From contig JBAZMP010000002.1 in NCBI GenBank assembly GCA_041649715.1, positions 132,964 through 196,963 of the forward strand: DNA of 64,000 bases, given 5' to 3'. Origin of the DNA: Patescibacteria group bacterium (GTDB lineage: Bacteria > Patescibacteriota > Patescibacteriia > JAXHNJ01). The notes under the pieces were generated by a model. That model was not told where the DNA came from and did no database searches. It worked only from the letters and a program-made list of their open reading frames with translations. Shown piece by piece: positions 29,453 to 40,294 of the stretch; position 1 is the first letter of the stretch, and the number at the start of each line of letters is the position of its first letter. Made by a program: the position numbers and the translations under genes.

Positions 29453-31274
29453 ATTTCCAGACCCTTTGGGTCTTTATGTACCAAGAAGCCGCATCCGTGA
29501 AACGGTCCTGGGGGCTGACGATCTTCTCCAAATCAAAACCCTTGACCTTTTTGGCCAGCCCGTAGGTATAATAGGGGGAATAAAGGAAAATGGCCGGCAG
29601 TTCATCGGAGAGCAAATTTTGGAATTCCACGTATTTTAAAGCTCTTTCCTTTTCATCGGTGGTGACGCGGGCTTGTTCCAAAACCTTGTCAATCTGCTTA
29701 TTATAGTAAATGGCCAGATTCAGGCCGGGGTCTTTTTCCTGCGAAGAATGCCAGAAAGGGTAAGGGTCGGGATCATAACCCAGGATCTCGCCGTAGAGCA
29801 GGGCGTCGTAAGTCCGGGGCTTGATCACCTCTTTTTGGATGCGGGCACTTTCCACAATATTCAGTTCGACGGTATAACCCGCTTTTTCCCAGGAAGCTTT
29901 TAAGATTTCCGCCGCTTTGGCGTAATCGGTTTGGTCAACAGTGGTCAGCGTGAATTTTAATTCTTCGTTATTTTTCACGCGTTTGCCCGCCTCATTTTTC
30001 TTCCAGCCTGCATCATCTAATATTTTTTCCGCGGCCGCCAGGTCGTAATTATATTTTTTTATGTCCGGATGATAACCCAAGAAACCGGTTAAGATGGGGC
30101 CATTGATTATTTTTCCCTTTCCATTAAGCACTTCATTCAGGATCTGTTCGCGGTCAGAAGCAAGGGCGAGGGCTTGGCGCACCTCTTTGTTTTTCAGGAC
30201 ATTATTTTTTGTGTTAAAGAAAATGGCGGTGTATTGGGGCAAGGTCAGATTATAATAGTTGATATTGAGCCTTGCCGGAAGTTTTTCTTCGTATTCTTTG
30301 GAAAGATAACTGATTCCTTCCACATTTTTGTTTTTTAAGGCTTCTACCCCCGAAGCCATGTCGGGATAGAAACGGAAAATGAGGTTATCAAGATAGGGGA
30401 TATCCCCGTAATAATCGCTGTTTTTTTCCAGGGTGTATGACTTGATATTACCCAGACTTTCCCGGGTCAAGGATTTAAATTTAAAAGGGCCGGAACCGAC
30501 CGGTTTTAAATTATATTCCACCAGACTGAAGTTTTCCGGCAGAATGTCCATGAATAAATGCAGGGGCAATATGCCGAAGTTTAAACTGGAAATAAAGGGA
30601 GCGAAAGGCTCTTTAAGGGTCAGTTTAAAAGTATAATCATCCACTTTTTCCGTGGTCACTCCGTTTAAGTTGTAGTAGAGCGGACTTTTGAACTCCGGAT
30701 CCTGGATGGTTTCAATAGTGAAGAGCGCGTCATTGGCATTCAGGTTTTCTCCGTCATGCCATTTGACGTTTTTTTTCAAATAAAAAGTATATGTTTTTTG
30801 ATCCTCGGAAACCTCATATTTTTCCAGCAGGTCCATGGTTAGCTGGCCCTGTGAATCATACTTTATCAGGGAGGAAAAAATTAGCTTGACCAGATCCTGG
30901 TCGACATCGCTGGTTTGAGAAAGAACGGGATTGACGTACTTAGGGGCGCCGATCATCGCTTCGACATACTTCCCGCCTTTTTCGGGCTGGAAACTGATGT
31001 GACGCTGGTAATATCTTAAACCCAGAAAGATCAGACAGAGAATAAAAATCGTCAGGCCGGTATTTACGATGAATTTTTCCTTCAGGCTGAAAGTGTTTTT
31101 CAGGTAACGCCACTGGTCTTTCGCGGGCAGTCTTTTTTTAGCCAGGCCGAAGACGAGTTTTTTGTCCAGGTCCTTTTTTCCTTCGTAGGGATTGGACGAT
31201 AAATTTGTTTTTTTATCCTTAATACCAAAAAGTGATTTTAGACGTTCTAAAATTTTAGCTAATGTGAACTTCAA
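29451..31274 (-). CDS. ABC-transporter substrate-binding protein, family 5 (oligopeptide/dipeptide OppA/DppA-like), membrane-anchored
   Basis: N-terminal TM anchor, typical SBP_bac_5 length and composition. Confidence 0.75.
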   Translation of the reverse strand: MKFTLAKILERLKSLFGIKDKKTNLSSNPYEGKKDLDKKLVFGLAKKRLPAKDQWRYLKNTFSLKEKFIVNTGLTIFILCLIFLGLRYYQRHISFQPEKGGKYVEAMIGAPKYVNPVLSQTSDVDQDLVKLIFSSLIKYDSQGQLTMDLLEKYEVSEDQKTYTFYLKKNVKWHDGENLNANDALFTIETIQDPEFKSPLYYNLNGVTTEKVDDYTFKLTLKEPFAPFISSLNFGILPLHLFMDILPENFSLVEYNLKPVGSGPFKFKSLTRESLGNIKSYTLEKNSDYYGDIPYLDNLIFRFYPDMASGVEALKNKNVEGISYLSKEYEEKLPARLNINYYNLTLPQYTAIFFNTKNNVLKNKEVRQALALASDREQILNEVLNGKGKIINGPILTGFLGYHPDIKKYNYDLAAAEKILDDAGWKKNEAGKRVKNNEELKFTLTTVDQTDYAKAAEILKASWEKAGYTVELNIVESARIQKEVIKPRTYDALLYGEILGYDPDPYPFWHSSQEKDPGLNLAIYYNKQIDKVLEQARVTTDEKERALKYVEFQNLLSDELPAIFLYSPYYTYGLAKKVKGFDLEKIVSPQDRFTDAASWYIKTQRVWK

Positions 31275-31295
31275 TTCTTGAAATAAAATTAATTA

Positions 31296-31586
31296 CTAAA
31301 TAATAAAATTGGCTAGCGCTACTCCCAAAAAGAGTACGGCCAGCACAATCGTAGAGATAAAGACCACTTTTTCCACTCCCCGTTTGGTTTGATAAACGTT
31401 GCCTTCGCCACCGAAAACGCCACCCAAACCCGCTCCCCGGGATTGTAGAAGAATGGCGGCAGACAAGCCGATTGCTAAGGCGATTTCAATGATATTTAAA
31501 TAAAAACCCATAATAGATTGGTTTAATAAACTGAGATATAGCATAGCAACGGCGGGGTGAATTGTCAATGAACGGGCGATAGCCAA
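31296..31586 (-). CDS. secG: Preprotein translocase subunit SecG; the true start is probably an internal Met at about 31511 or 31544
   Basis: LLQSRGAGLGGVFGG signature between two TM helices. Confidence 0.65.
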   Translation of the reverse strand: MAIARSLTIHPAVAMLYLSLLNQSIMGFYLNIIEIALAIGLSAAILLQSRGAGLGGVFGGEGNVYQTKRGVEKVVFISTIVLAVLFLGVALANFII

Positions 31587-31597
31587 GCGTAACCCGT

Positions 31598-31744
31598 CTA
31601 TTTAGTGTCTTTTTTTACAATCAGTTTTTGTAAGCGGAAAACGCTTTTGCCAGTGACTTTCATCGTTGGTCTTTTTTTCTTTTCCCGGCGTTTGATCTTT
31701 TTTTCAAGCTTTTTTTCCAAAGCTTCAAGGTCGTTTTTTTTCAT
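31598..31744 (-). CDS. Small, highly basic 48-aa ORF whose ATG overlaps the uvrC stop (ATGA)
   Basis: Sequence MKKNDLEALEKKLEKKIKRREKKKRPTMKVTGKSVFRLQKLIVKKDTK. No Shine-Dalgarno, so it relies on translational coupling. Confidence 0.25.
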   Translation of the reverse strand: MKKNDLEALEKKLEKKIKRREKKKRPTMKVTGKSVFRLQKLIVKKDTK

Positions 31745-33519
31745 AAATAAGTTTTTAGGGTTTGAAAAAGTTTATTTCCGATTAATTTTAATATTTCCGA
31801 ATCCGGGGCTTTTTTTATATTTTCCACCGAACCGAATTTAGCCATAAGCTTTCTTTTTGTTTTGGGGCCCAGTCCGGGGACTTCATCCAAAAGAGAATGA
31901 TAGCTTGTCTCATCGTGTTTTTGCCGGAAGAAGCCAACGGCAAAGCGATGGGCCTCATCCCGGATATTCTGCAGCAAATATAGCGCGGGCGAATCGGCGG
32001 GCAAAATCAAGGAATTTTTCCGGCCGGGCCGGAATATTTCTTCCAGTCTTTTTGCCAGGGTAATAAGGGGGATTTTCAAACGCATTTTTTTCAAAACTTT
32101 AAGCCCGGCGCCCAGCTGGGCCTTGCCACCGTCAAGCAAAATCAGATCGGGTGTCGGCCATTCTTTGTTTTTCAGCCTTCGGGCCAGGATCTCCGCCAGC
32201 ATGGCCGGGTCGTTGGCCCCGACCACGGTTTTGATCTTGAATTTTCGGTAATCGGACTTTTGGGGTCGGCCTTCGCCGAATACGATCATAGAACCGACCG
32301 GATTTACCCCCTGGATGTTGGAAATATCATAGGCCTCTATTCTTTCGGGCGATTTTTCCAGCCCAAGGTTTTTTTTCAAAGCGAGAAGGGCGTTTCTTTT
32401 TTTTAATGTCGATTTTTCCTCAAATAATTGTTTTTTCTCCAAAAAGTCGTCCGCATTTTCTCGCCCGAGTTTTATCAACTGGTAGTTTTTGCCTCTTTGG
32501 GCGCTAATGATTTTTGTTTTATTTAATTTTTCCAGGATATTTTTATTTTTTAAGATCAAGGGCAGAACGATTTCTTCGGGCTTGTCCGTCACCTGGGGAT
32601 AGTATTGGTTAATAAAGGAGGAAAAAATCTCATTTTCCGGCGTTAGGCGGGCATGATGGAGGATGAGGGTTTTTTTGTCCAGCAATTTTCCCTGGCGGAT
32701 GGAAAAAAGATTCATGGCCGCTTCCCCCTCTTTTTGCGCCAGGCTTAAGATGTCCTGGTTCAAGTTTTTGGGGGAGATGATCTTTTGTTTTTCCAAAACT
32801 TTTTCCAGGGTAAAAATCTGATCTCGGAGCTTAGCCGCTTTTTCGAAAACTTTAAGGGCGGCCGCTCTTTCCATTTCTTTTCTCAGTCCTTTCAGCACCT
32901 CATCCAGATTGCCTTTTAGGAACTGGATAATTTTGGCGATATTTTTCCAGTACTCCTCTTTCTTTATCTGTTTATCGCAAGGCGCCGGACAATAACCCAG
33001 ATGATACATTAAGCAAGGTTTTCCGGGAAGACGGCGGCAGGTTCGAAAAGGAAAAATTTTTCTTAATATGTAAAGGGTTTCCCGGGCGGATCTGGCGGAT
33101 AAATAAGGGCCAAAATAACGGGCCTTATCCTTGGCGATTTTTCGGCCCAGAGTAATGAGGGGGAAATCTTCGGCCGTGATCTTTATATAGGCGAAGTTTT
33201 TATCGTCTTTCAAGATGATATTGTATTTTGGCTGGTATTTCTTGATCAGATTGGATTCCAAAAAGAAGGCCTCGGTTTCCGAAGAAGTGATGATGTGCTC
33301 AAGATTATTGGCGTTCTCAAGCATCTCCGGCTTTTGGGGCGAGCTTATTTTCTGGAAATAGGAGGCCACTCTTTTTTTTAGGTTTTTCGCTTTGCCGACA
33401 TAGAGGACGGTCTGATCTTTTTTAAATAAATAAACCCCGGGTTTAGCCGGCAATGATTTTAATTTTTCCCTTAATTTATCCATCAATTTAAGTATAGCAA
33501 GTTTTAACGAGGTTGACAT
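31741..33519 (-). CDS. uvrC: Excinuclease ABC subunit C
   Basis: N-terminal GIY-YIG (PGVYLFKK...LYVGKAKNLKKRV), UvrBC-binding region and a C-terminal HhH. Confidence 0.9.
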   Translation of the reverse strand: MSTSLKLAILKLMDKLREKLKSLPAKPGVYLFKKDQTVLYVGKAKNLKKRVASYFQKISSPQKPEMLENANNLEHIITSSETEAFFLESNLIKKYQPKYNIILKDDKNFAYIKITAEDFPLITLGRKIAKDKARYFGPYLSARSARETLYILRKIFPFRTCRRLPGKPCLMYHLGYCPAPCDKQIKKEEYWKNIAKIIQFLKGNLDEVLKGLRKEMERAAALKVFEKAAKLRDQIFTLEKVLEKQKIISPKNLNQDILSLAQKEGEAAMNLFSIRQGKLLDKKTLILHHARLTPENEIFSSFINQYYPQVTDKPEEIVLPLILKNKNILEKLNKTKIISAQRGKNYQLIKLGRENADDFLEKKQLFEEKSTLKKRNALLALKKNLGLEKSPERIEAYDISNIQGVNPVGSMIVFGEGRPQKSDYRKFKIKTVVGANDPAMLAEILARRLKNKEWPTPDLILLDGGKAQLGAGLKVLKKMRLKIPLITLAKRLEEIFRPGRKNSLILPADSPALYLLQNIRDEAHRFAVGFFRQKHDETSYHSLLDEVPGLGPKTKRKLMAKFGSVENIKKAPDSEILKLIGNKLFQTLKTYL

Positions 33520-33592
33520 ATTTTTTCAAAGAGTTAGGGTATATGTATAAGAGGTTTTTAAGGTTGTCCTTTCTTTTCTAGGGGGTGCCAAT

Positions 33593-33820
33593 ATGTCCAT
33601 ACCCATTGGTTGGCTGGTCTTTTTATTCGTGTTTATTGCCTTGCTCTGTTTGGTGACATGGAGAGTGTATCGCAAACCGCGTTGTTGCGGACATGAAATG
33701 AGGGAAAAATCCATCAAGGATGGTATCAGAACGTATATTTGTCCGGTTTGCGGACGTGAATTTTCCCGGCTGGAGGCTGAACCGGATGATTACTTCTTTG
33801 TGAATCGCTTTCCTCTTTAA
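33593..33820 (+). CDS. Small membrane-anchored zinc-ribbon protein (75 aa)
   Basis: AGGGGG Shine-Dalgarno; one TM helix followed by CC...CPVC. Confidence 0.4.
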   Translation: MSIPIGWLVFLFVFIALLCLVTWRVYRKPRCCGHEMREKSIKDGIRTYICPVCGREFSRLEAEPDDYFFVNRFPL

Positions 33821-33840
33821 GAGTGGGGCATAATAAATAG

Positions 33841-33873
33841 CCGAGGCCCTTCCTAAAAAGGCCTCGTTTTTTT
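33841..33873 (+). terminator. Rho-independent terminator (ccgaggccc...gggcctcg + seven Ts)
   Basis: Seen directly in the sequence. Confidence 0.6.
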
Positions 33874-34004
33874 ATTTGTTAATATTTATAGCAGGAAGGG
33901 GTTGACACATTTTAAAATTTGTGTTAACATTGGCTGTTCGTTCGTTCCATATTTTATACCTTAATTCACCGTAAGTAACCCAGGGTTTCTGAGCAAGGAG
34001 GTAG

Positions 34005-35198
34005 TGCGTGTTGAAAACGATAGCGGTTCATCCGAGTCCGGACGTGGACGCCTGTATCTGTGCTTGGTTGGCGACACGGTTCGGCCGGAAGCATTTCCCG
34101 GGAATCGAGACGGCGAAAGTCGAGGCTTGGCCTACGGGCCGGCCGCCTGAAGGTATGAAGCCCGAGGATTTGGCCGAAGTGCTGGCGGTTGACGTGGGCT
34201 TTGGCATTTACGATCACCATAATCCGGAATTGGCGGAGGCCAACAAGAGCTCCGCCGACCTGGTGGCTCAGGCGATCGGTCGCATCCATGACGGCAGCTT
34301 GGCAAACTTGCTGGAATTCTGTCGGTTGCAGGACGGCGAGGCCAGGGGATATCTGACGGGCGGCGATCGGAACGCCCGCATGATCAGCTTGGTCAACACG
34401 ATCAAAGGATGGAACCTGCTTTATCCGGACGATCCCCAGAAGGTAGTGGAACTTGCCGGCCTCTGCCTGGACGGGATTTACGCCATGGAAAAAGACGAGT
34501 TCCAGGCCAACTGCGATTACGCCCGCGCCGAGTTCAAGGTGGTCAGAGGGGCGATGAGGATCGGCTTCGTCATTTCTTCGACCAACCTGATTTCCGGCGT
34601 GATGCGTCAGGGCGGACCGAAGAAGGATCAGGCGGAAAGATGCCAGGTCGTCATCGTTTCCCATCCCGAGACCGGCCATGTTCGGATCGAAGCCCATCGG
34701 GATCTTGATCTAGCGGCGGTCAGATTGCGCCTTGTCATCCTTGAGGCCTACTACCGTAAAATCGAACTGGCAGGACGCTGGGCGGATCTTGAACAATTGG
34801 CCACCTGCCGGACGGTTGAGCCGGTGCCGAACATTTATTTTCATGCCCAGAATCTGATCCTTAACGGCAGCCTGACCCATCCCGAGGTCGAACCGATGAT
34901 GATCGACAGGAATCGGTTGCTGCAGATCACGGCTGACGCTCTGGCCGACCGCTTGCCCTCCGATTATCCTTGCGCAAAGGATCAGTCTTGCGCCAGAAAA
35001 AGGGGTTGCCCTTTCGGACCGTTTAACTTGCGGCTTTGCCGCGAATATCGTCAGGTACGGTGGGAGGCGTATCAGCGGAGTCTGGCGGAAGGAAAAACCG
35101 GCGCAGAGGAAACGGAAGAAGTTTCCGAAGCGGAGAATCCGCAAGTGGTCATTCACCTCGACGGGAGAAGGGGTGAGAAAAAAGCCGGCGAAGCCTAA
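34005..35198 (+). CDS. DHH-family phosphoesterase (NrnA/RecJ-like catalytic core) with a Cys-rich C-terminal extension; high-GC gene
   Basis: DHH motifs I/II (IAVHPSPDVDACICAWLA) and III (GIYDHHNPE). AAGGAGG Shine-Dalgarno ahead of a GTG/TTG start. GC is clearly above that of the neighbours. Confidence 0.55.
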   Translation, partial: CVLKTIAVHPSPDVDACICAWLATRFGRKHFPGIETAKVEAWPTGRPPEGMKPEDLAEVLAVDVGFGIYDHHNPELAEANKSSADLVAQAIGRIHDGSLANLLEFCRLQDGEARGYLTGGDRNARMISLVNTIKGWNLLYPDDPQKVVELAGLCLDGIYAMEKDEFQANCDYARAEFKVVRGAMRIGFVISSTNLISGVMRQGGPKKDQAERCQVVIVSHPETGHVRIEAHRDLDLAAVRLRLVILEAYYRKIELAGRWADLEQLATCRTVEPVPNIYFHAQNLILNGSLTHPEVEPMMIDRNRLLQITADALADRLPSDYPCAKDQSCARKRGCPFGPFNLRLCREYRQVRWEAYQRSLAEGKTGAEETEEVSEAENPQVVIHLDGRRGEKKAGEA

Positions 35199-35229
35199 AT
35201 TCGCCTGAGTTTGCCCTTTTATACATCCC

Positions 35230-35266
35230 TGTCCTGGGGTCTTCCGGGACAGGGTTTTTTTAATTA
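35230..35266 (+). terminator. Rho-independent terminator (ccctgtcctgg...ccgggacaggg + T-run)
   Basis: Perfect 10-bp stem. Confidence 0.6.
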
Positions 35267-35377
35267 TTGACACGTTTTGATCCCGCACTATCCTTTCCTT
35301 GTGAAGGTTGCGGGACCGGGACTCAAAGAAACAGTGTCTATCTTTGCTGGCTAGCTTCATTGCTAAAAAAGTTGGGT

Positions 35378-35406
35378 TGACAGAGCTTGACAAGGGGTGT
35401 ATACTT
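35378..35406 (+). promoter_or_regulatory. Putative sigma70 promoter for uvrA (TTGACA, 17-nt spacer, TATACT)
   Basis: Consensus-like hexamers with optimal spacing. Confidence 0.45.
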
Positions 35407-35444
35407 TCTCAAGTCTTATACACAGATGAATTTTGGGGAATCTT

Positions 35445-38336
35445 ATGGCCGATAAAATCATTATCCGGGGCGCCCGGGTCCATAACTTAAAGAATGTCAG
35501 TCTGGAATTGCCTCGGGATAAATTCATCGTGATCACCGGCATTTCCGGTTCGGGCAAGTCTTCCCTGGCTTTTGACACGATCTATGCCGAGGGGCAGAGA
35601 CGATATGTTGAGTCACTCTCTTCCTACGCCCGGCAGTTTTTAGGGTTGATGGATAAGCCGGATGTGGATCAGATTGAAGGCTTGTCGCCGGCCATTTCCA
35701 TCGACCAGAAATCAGTTTCCCATAATCCGCGTTCCACGGTCGGCACCTCGACGGAGATATACGATTATCTCCGGCTTTTGTTCGCCCGCGTGGGCGTTCC
35801 GCACTGCCCGCAATGCGGCCGCGTCGTTTCTAAGCAGACGATTGATCAGATCGTGAAGCAGGTTTTCAAATTGCCCAAAGAAACAAAAATCATAATTCTC
35901 GCTCCTTTAATTCAGGATAAAAAGGGCGAGCACAAGAATATTTTGAAAGATATAAGGAAGGCCGGTTATGTCCGGGTGCGTTTTGACGGCGAAATGTATA
36001 GCATCGAAGAGGCGGAGGATTTGACGGTCGATAAAAACAAGAAGCACAGTCTGGAAGTGATCGTAGACCGTCTGACCGTCAAAGAAGGAGAGGAAAAAAT
36101 AGAAGACGAAAAAGAAACGAAATTGAGACTGGCCGATTCCTTAGAAACCGCCCTGGATCTAGGCGACGGCAAGGTTGTTGTCCAAATGGCCGATAAAAAA
36201 GAAGATCTGCTTTTCAGCGAACATTTGGCCTGCCCGCACTGCAATATCAGCTTGGAAAATATCGAGCCAAGGAATTTTTCTTTTAATTCTCCTCATGGCG
36301 CTTGTCCCGAGTGCACGGGCTTGGGCACTAAACTGGAAATCGATCCTAAATTGATTATCCCTAATCCACGTTTGACTCTGGCGGAAGGAGCAATCCGGCC
36401 TTGGTCGCGGACCTCTTCCAATCAAACTTGGTATTTTCAGATATTAAAGACCGTGGCTGAAGAAAACGGTTTTTCCATTGATACGCCGGTGGAAAAACTG
36501 TCGGCCAAAGCGGTGGAGATTGTTTTGTACGGCACGGGCGAAAAACGATATAAATCTTCCTATTCCTCCCCGCGTTTTGACGGTGACTTATACACGACTT
36601 TTGAGGGAGTCATCCCCAATTTGATGCGCCGCTACAAAGAAACAGACTCTGACTATATCCGAGCGGAAATTGAAAGATACATGCGCATCTATTCCTGCCC
36701 GACCTGCGGCGGCAAACGGCTAAAACCGGAAGTATTGGCGGTAACCGTGGGCGGAAAAAATATATTTGAGGTCGTTGACCAGCCGATCGACAAGGTAAAA
36801 GAATTTTTTGAGGGCTTGGAAAGCAAGAAAAATCAGGATTCTCCCCGTCTTTCCGAAAGGGAGCAAAAGATCGCCCGGCAAGTCTTAAAAGAGATCAAGA
36901 ACCGTCTTTTGTTTTTGCATAATGTCGGTCTGGACTATTTGACTTTAGACCGGGCCACTTCCAGTTTGGCCGGCGGAGAGGCCCAGCGCATCCGTTTGGC
37001 CACCCAAATCGGTTCGTCTCTGGTTGGTGTTATTTACATATTGGACGAGCCTTCGATCGGTCTTCATCAGCGGGATAACGCTAAGCTGATCACGACCCTG
37101 AAAAAATTAAGGGATTTAGGTAATACCGTCATTGTCGTGGAACACGACGAAGCGACGATGCTGGCCGCTGATTATCTGGTGGATATCGGCCCCGGGGCCG
37201 GGGATCACGGAGGAGAAGTGGTGGCCTGCGGCACCCCGGCCGAGATCAAAAAACACCCGCACTCCTTAACCGGCAAATATCTTTCCGGAAAACTAAAAAT
37301 CGACGTACCCAAGGAATACCATCGTGGCAATAGCAAGAATATCTTAATTAAGGGAGCCCAAGAATTCAATCTAAAGAATATTGACGTGAAAATCCCTTTG
37401 GCAAAGTTTGTCTGCATCACGGGAGTTTCCGGGTCGGGCAAATCGACCCTGATGATCGATATCCTGGCGAAAGCAATGGGCCAGTATTTTTACAAATCCA
37501 AGGACCTCCCGGGCATGCACAAGGAGATCAAGGGACTGGAAAATTTGGACAAGGTGATTCATATCGACCAATCGCCCATCGGCCGCACGCCGCGCTCCAA
37601 TCCCGCCACCTACACCGGCGTTTTTACCTATATCCGCGAGCTTTTTTCTCAGTTGCCGGAAGCGAAAATCAGGGGCTACGATCCTGGCCGTTTCAGTTTT
37701 AATGTTAAAGGCGGCCGGTGCGAAGCCTGCCAGGGCGATGGCATGGTGAAGATAGAAATGCATTTTCTGCCGGATGTCTACGTGGAATGCGAAGAATGTA
37801 AGGGTAAAAGATACAACCAGCAGGCTCTGGAAATTCATTATCATGGAAAAAATATTTCCGATGTCTTGAATATGACGGTCGAAGAGGCCATGGAATTCTT
37901 CAAAAATATTCCGGCCATCAAGCAAAAATTGGAAACCTTGCACGAAGTCGGCTTAAGCTACATGCATTTGGGGCAGTCGGCCACCACTTTATCCGGTGGT
38001 GAGGCTCAAAGAGTGAAATTGGCGACCGAGCTTTCCCGTCGGGCGACCGGCAAAACTTTGTATATTCTTGATGAACCGACGACTGGCCTGCACGTGGATG
38101 ATATAAAGCGTCTTTTGAGCGTCATTAAAAAATTGGTGGACAAAAGCAATACGGTATTGGTCATCGAGCATAATCTAGAGGTGATCAAATCTGCCGACTG
38201 GATAATTGACTTGGGTCCGGAGGGGGGAGATCGAGGGGGGTATCTCGTGGCCGAAGGCACGCCGAAAGAAGTGGCCAAAGTGAAAAAGAGCTATACCGGT
38301 CAATATTTAGCCAAGATTTTAAATAATAAAAAATAG
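35445..38336 (+). CDS. uvrA: Excinuclease ABC subunit A
   Basis: Two ABC ATPase modules ([10 protein letters not shown] / [10 protein letters not shown]) and zinc-finger Cys quartets. Confidence 0.95.
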   Translation: MADKIIIRGARVHNLKNVSLELPRDKFIVITGISGSGKSSLAFDTIYAEGQRRYVESLSSYARQFLGLMDKPDVDQIEGLSPAISIDQKSVSHNPRSTVGTSTEIYDYLRLLFARVGVPHCPQCGRVVSKQTIDQIVKQVFKLPKETKIIILAPLIQDKKGEHKNILKDIRKAGYVRVRFDGEMYSIEEAEDLTVDKNKKHSLEVIVDRLTVKEGEEKIEDEKETKLRLADSLETALDLGDGKVVVQMADKKEDLLFSEHLACPHCNISLENIEPRNFSFNSPHGACPECTGLGTKLEIDPKLIIPNPRLTLAEGAIRPWSRTSSNQTWYFQILKTVAEENGFSIDTPVEKLSAKAVEIVLYGTGEKRYKSSYSSPRFDGDLYTTFEGVIPNLMRRYKETDSDYIRAEIERYMRIYSCPTCGGKRLKPEVLAVTVGGKNIFEVVDQPIDKVKEFFEGLESKKNQDSPRLSEREQKIARQVLKEIKNRLLFLHNVGLDYLTLDRATSSLAGGEAQRIRLATQIGSSLVGVIYILDEPSIGLHQRDNAKLITTLKKLRDLGNTVIVVEHDEATMLAADYLVDIGPGAGDHGGEVVACGTPAEIKKHPHSLTGKYLSGKLKIDVPKEYHRGNSKNILIKGAQEFNLKNIDVKIPLAKFVCITGVSGSGKSTLMIDILAKAMGQYFYKSKDLPGMHKEIKGLENLDKVIHIDQSPIGRTPRSNPATYTGVFTYIRELFSQLPEAKIRGYDPGRFSFNVKGGRCEACQGDGMVKIEMHFLPDVYVECEECKGKRYNQQALEIHYHGKNISDVLNMTVEEAMEFFKNIPAIKQKLETLHEVGLSYMHLGQSATTLSGGEAQRVKLATELSRRATGKTLYILDEPTTGLHVDDIKRLLSVIKKLVDKSNTVLVIEHNLEVIKSADWIIDLGPEGGDRGGYLVAEGTPKEVAKVKKSYTGQYLAKILNNKK

Positions 38337-38360
38337 TCCTTTTGGAAAAAGGAGGAGGGG

Positions 38361-38477
38361 ATGATAATCGCGCGTTGTCTCGGGTTTGTCGGCCGCTACA
38401 TCGTGGAGCCGATCGCGGAAGCCTATGGCTTCATCTTCATGCTCTGCGCTTACGCGTACTGTCTCTGGGGGAAATAA
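38361..38477 (+). CDS. 38-aa hydrophobic peptide with its own Shine-Dalgarno and terminator
   Basis: AAGGAGGAGGGG Shine-Dalgarno; sequence MIIARCLGFVGRYIVEPIAEAYGFIFMLCAYAYCLWGK; hairpin + T-run at about 38503-38530. Confidence 0.3.
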   Translation: MIIARCLGFVGRYIVEPIAEAYGFIFMLCAYAYCLWGK

Positions 38478-38828
38478 CTTTCCCCATCTTTGGAAGTAAA
38501 GGCATCGGTTTAGCCGGTGCTTTTTTCAAAAAAGAAAAACTCCCGTTGTATGAAAACGGGAGTTATGCCAAAGATCATTGATCTATCGTCCGTGCCAAGC
38601 CAGATCACTCAGCAGGTTTTTTAGCCGTGCTTGGCATTCGGGGCAGTGATCGACATGTTCTTGTTGCTCAGCGGGGAGTGGTTTGCTATGGTTGACATGG
38701 GCAAAGAGGCTGTTTTTATCCGGGTGAAAGTCCGATGGAGAAACCGAGGGTTCGGCCACTAGACACCTCCTTTGCGCAGAATAACCAATTAAACTATAAT
38801 AAATGTATAAGAACTTGTCCCTATTTTA

Positions 38829-39799
38829 TGCCAACCGCAAAATTTAGTCAATTGGAAAAAGCCATTTTGGCCGGCCTATGCTATTATGATGTCTTTGATT
38901 ATCCTTTGACCGCGGAGGAAATCTGGCGTTGGCTTTACGTCAAGGACGGAAAAACGGATTTTCCCAAGGATTTAAACGCGGTATTGGAAGTTTTAGAAAT
39001 GAGCAAAAACTTGAAAGAAGTGATGGAGACCGATGAAAATTATTACTATTTGAAGGGCAGGCGGGAGATCGTGGAGACGAGAAAGGAAAGGTTTGAAGCC
39101 GATAAGAATAAATGGCGGATCGCCAAATCGGCTATGGGTTTTTTGCGGATGGTTCCTTTTTTGAAATACGTCGCGGTCTGCAATAACGTGGCCATCAATA
39201 ACGCCAAGGCGGAAAGCGATATTGATTTTTTTATCGTGGCTTCGACCGGCCAGCTCTGGACCTGCCGTTTTTTCACCACCTGGTTTACCTGGATGCTGGG
39301 TTATTGGCGGCATAAGAATAAGATAAGGAACAAAATTTGTCTGAGTTTTTATGCCGCTGAAGAATCTCTGGATTTTCAGCCGCTCTTGTTAAAAGAAGGT
39401 GACCCTTATTTTAATTTCTGGGTCGATCAGCTGGTGCCGCTTTTTGACCGCGGGGGAACAGGCGAAAAGATCAAAGCCCAGAATACCTGGGTATTAAAGC
39501 AGCTGCCCAACGCTTTGGCCGGCCAGAAAGAGAGCCTGGTAAAACCGGATTCGCTGACCGCCATGATCCAGCAGTTTTTTGAGATAGTTTTTATCAATCC
39601 TATTTTAGGGCCCTGGCTGACGAACTTTATCCGGCACAACCAGATGAAAAAAATGGGAAAGAATCAAGAAAGCGTAGCGAAAGAAAATAATACCAAGGTG
39701 GTTATTGCCGATTCCGTTCTGAAGTTCCACGAAACGGATAAGAGAGAATTTTATCGGCAGAAATTCTACGAAAGGTTAAAAACTCAAGGGTTAGAATAG
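38829..39799 (+). CDS. Hypothetical protein, possibly a nucleotidyltransferase fold (SDID-type motif)
   Basis: NAKAESDIDFFIVAS resembles the Pol-beta-type NTase core. Start uncertain; the ORF track begins at 38735. Confidence 0.35.
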
Positions 39800-39924
39800 A
39801 TATTGATTGAGATATTAAGATATTAACATACCGAGTTATTAGGGAATACTAAGTAAAAATACCTATTCTCCGGTTGTGGAAAACTTGACGAGTCTGGAAA
39901 ATTAGCCTAACATTCAATAATAAT

Positions 39925-39951
39925 ATACCCTTTTAGCACTCTTGACTAAGG
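39925..39951 (+). promoter_or_regulatory. CIRCE operator (HrcA binding site) upstream of groES-groEL
   Basis: TTAGCACTC-N9-GAGTGCTAA, an exact match to the CIRCE consensus. Confidence 0.9.
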
Positions 39952-40003
39952 AGTGCTAATTGGTTAAAATGTGTATTACGAGCTTAATAATTAAGAAAAA
40001 GAT

Positions 40004-40294
40004 ATGAATCTAAAACCCCTAAACGACAAAGTCATTGTTAAAGGTTTGACCGGCGATGAAATGACCAAGGCCGGCATTATTTTGCCTGACACGGCGGAAA
40101 AAGAGAAACCGGAAAAAGGCGAGGTTTTGGCCGTCGGCCCGGGCAAACTTTTGGAAAATGGCCAAAGATCGCAGATGTCCGTTAAGGTCGGCGACAAAGT
40201 TTTGTTTAAGAAATACGGGCCGGATGAGGTGAAGATTGATGATAAAGAGTTGTTAGTGGTGAGCGAAGAAGATATTATTGCGATTATCGGGTGA
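40004..40294 (+). CDS. groES: Co-chaperonin GroES
   Basis: A 96-aa cpn10. Confidence 0.95.
   Translation: MNLKPLNDKVIVKGLTGDEMTKAGIILPDTAEKEKPEKGEVLAVGPGKLLENGQRSQMSVKVGDKVLFKKYGPDEVKIDDKELLVVSEEDIIAIIG

Noticed and set aside
33966-35393. Minus-strand ORFs of 243 and 227 aa overlapping the DHH phosphoesterase gene
   Set aside because: They are open only because the sense gene is high-GC. The Arg/Pro/Gly-rich translations are typical of spurious frames, and they lack start signals.
38581-38830. Possible riboswitch in the leader of the nucleotidyltransferase-like gene (ccgggtgaaagtccgatggagaaaccgagggttcggcc)
   Set aside because: I could not match it to any riboswitch consensus by eye. It may be a plain stem-loop.
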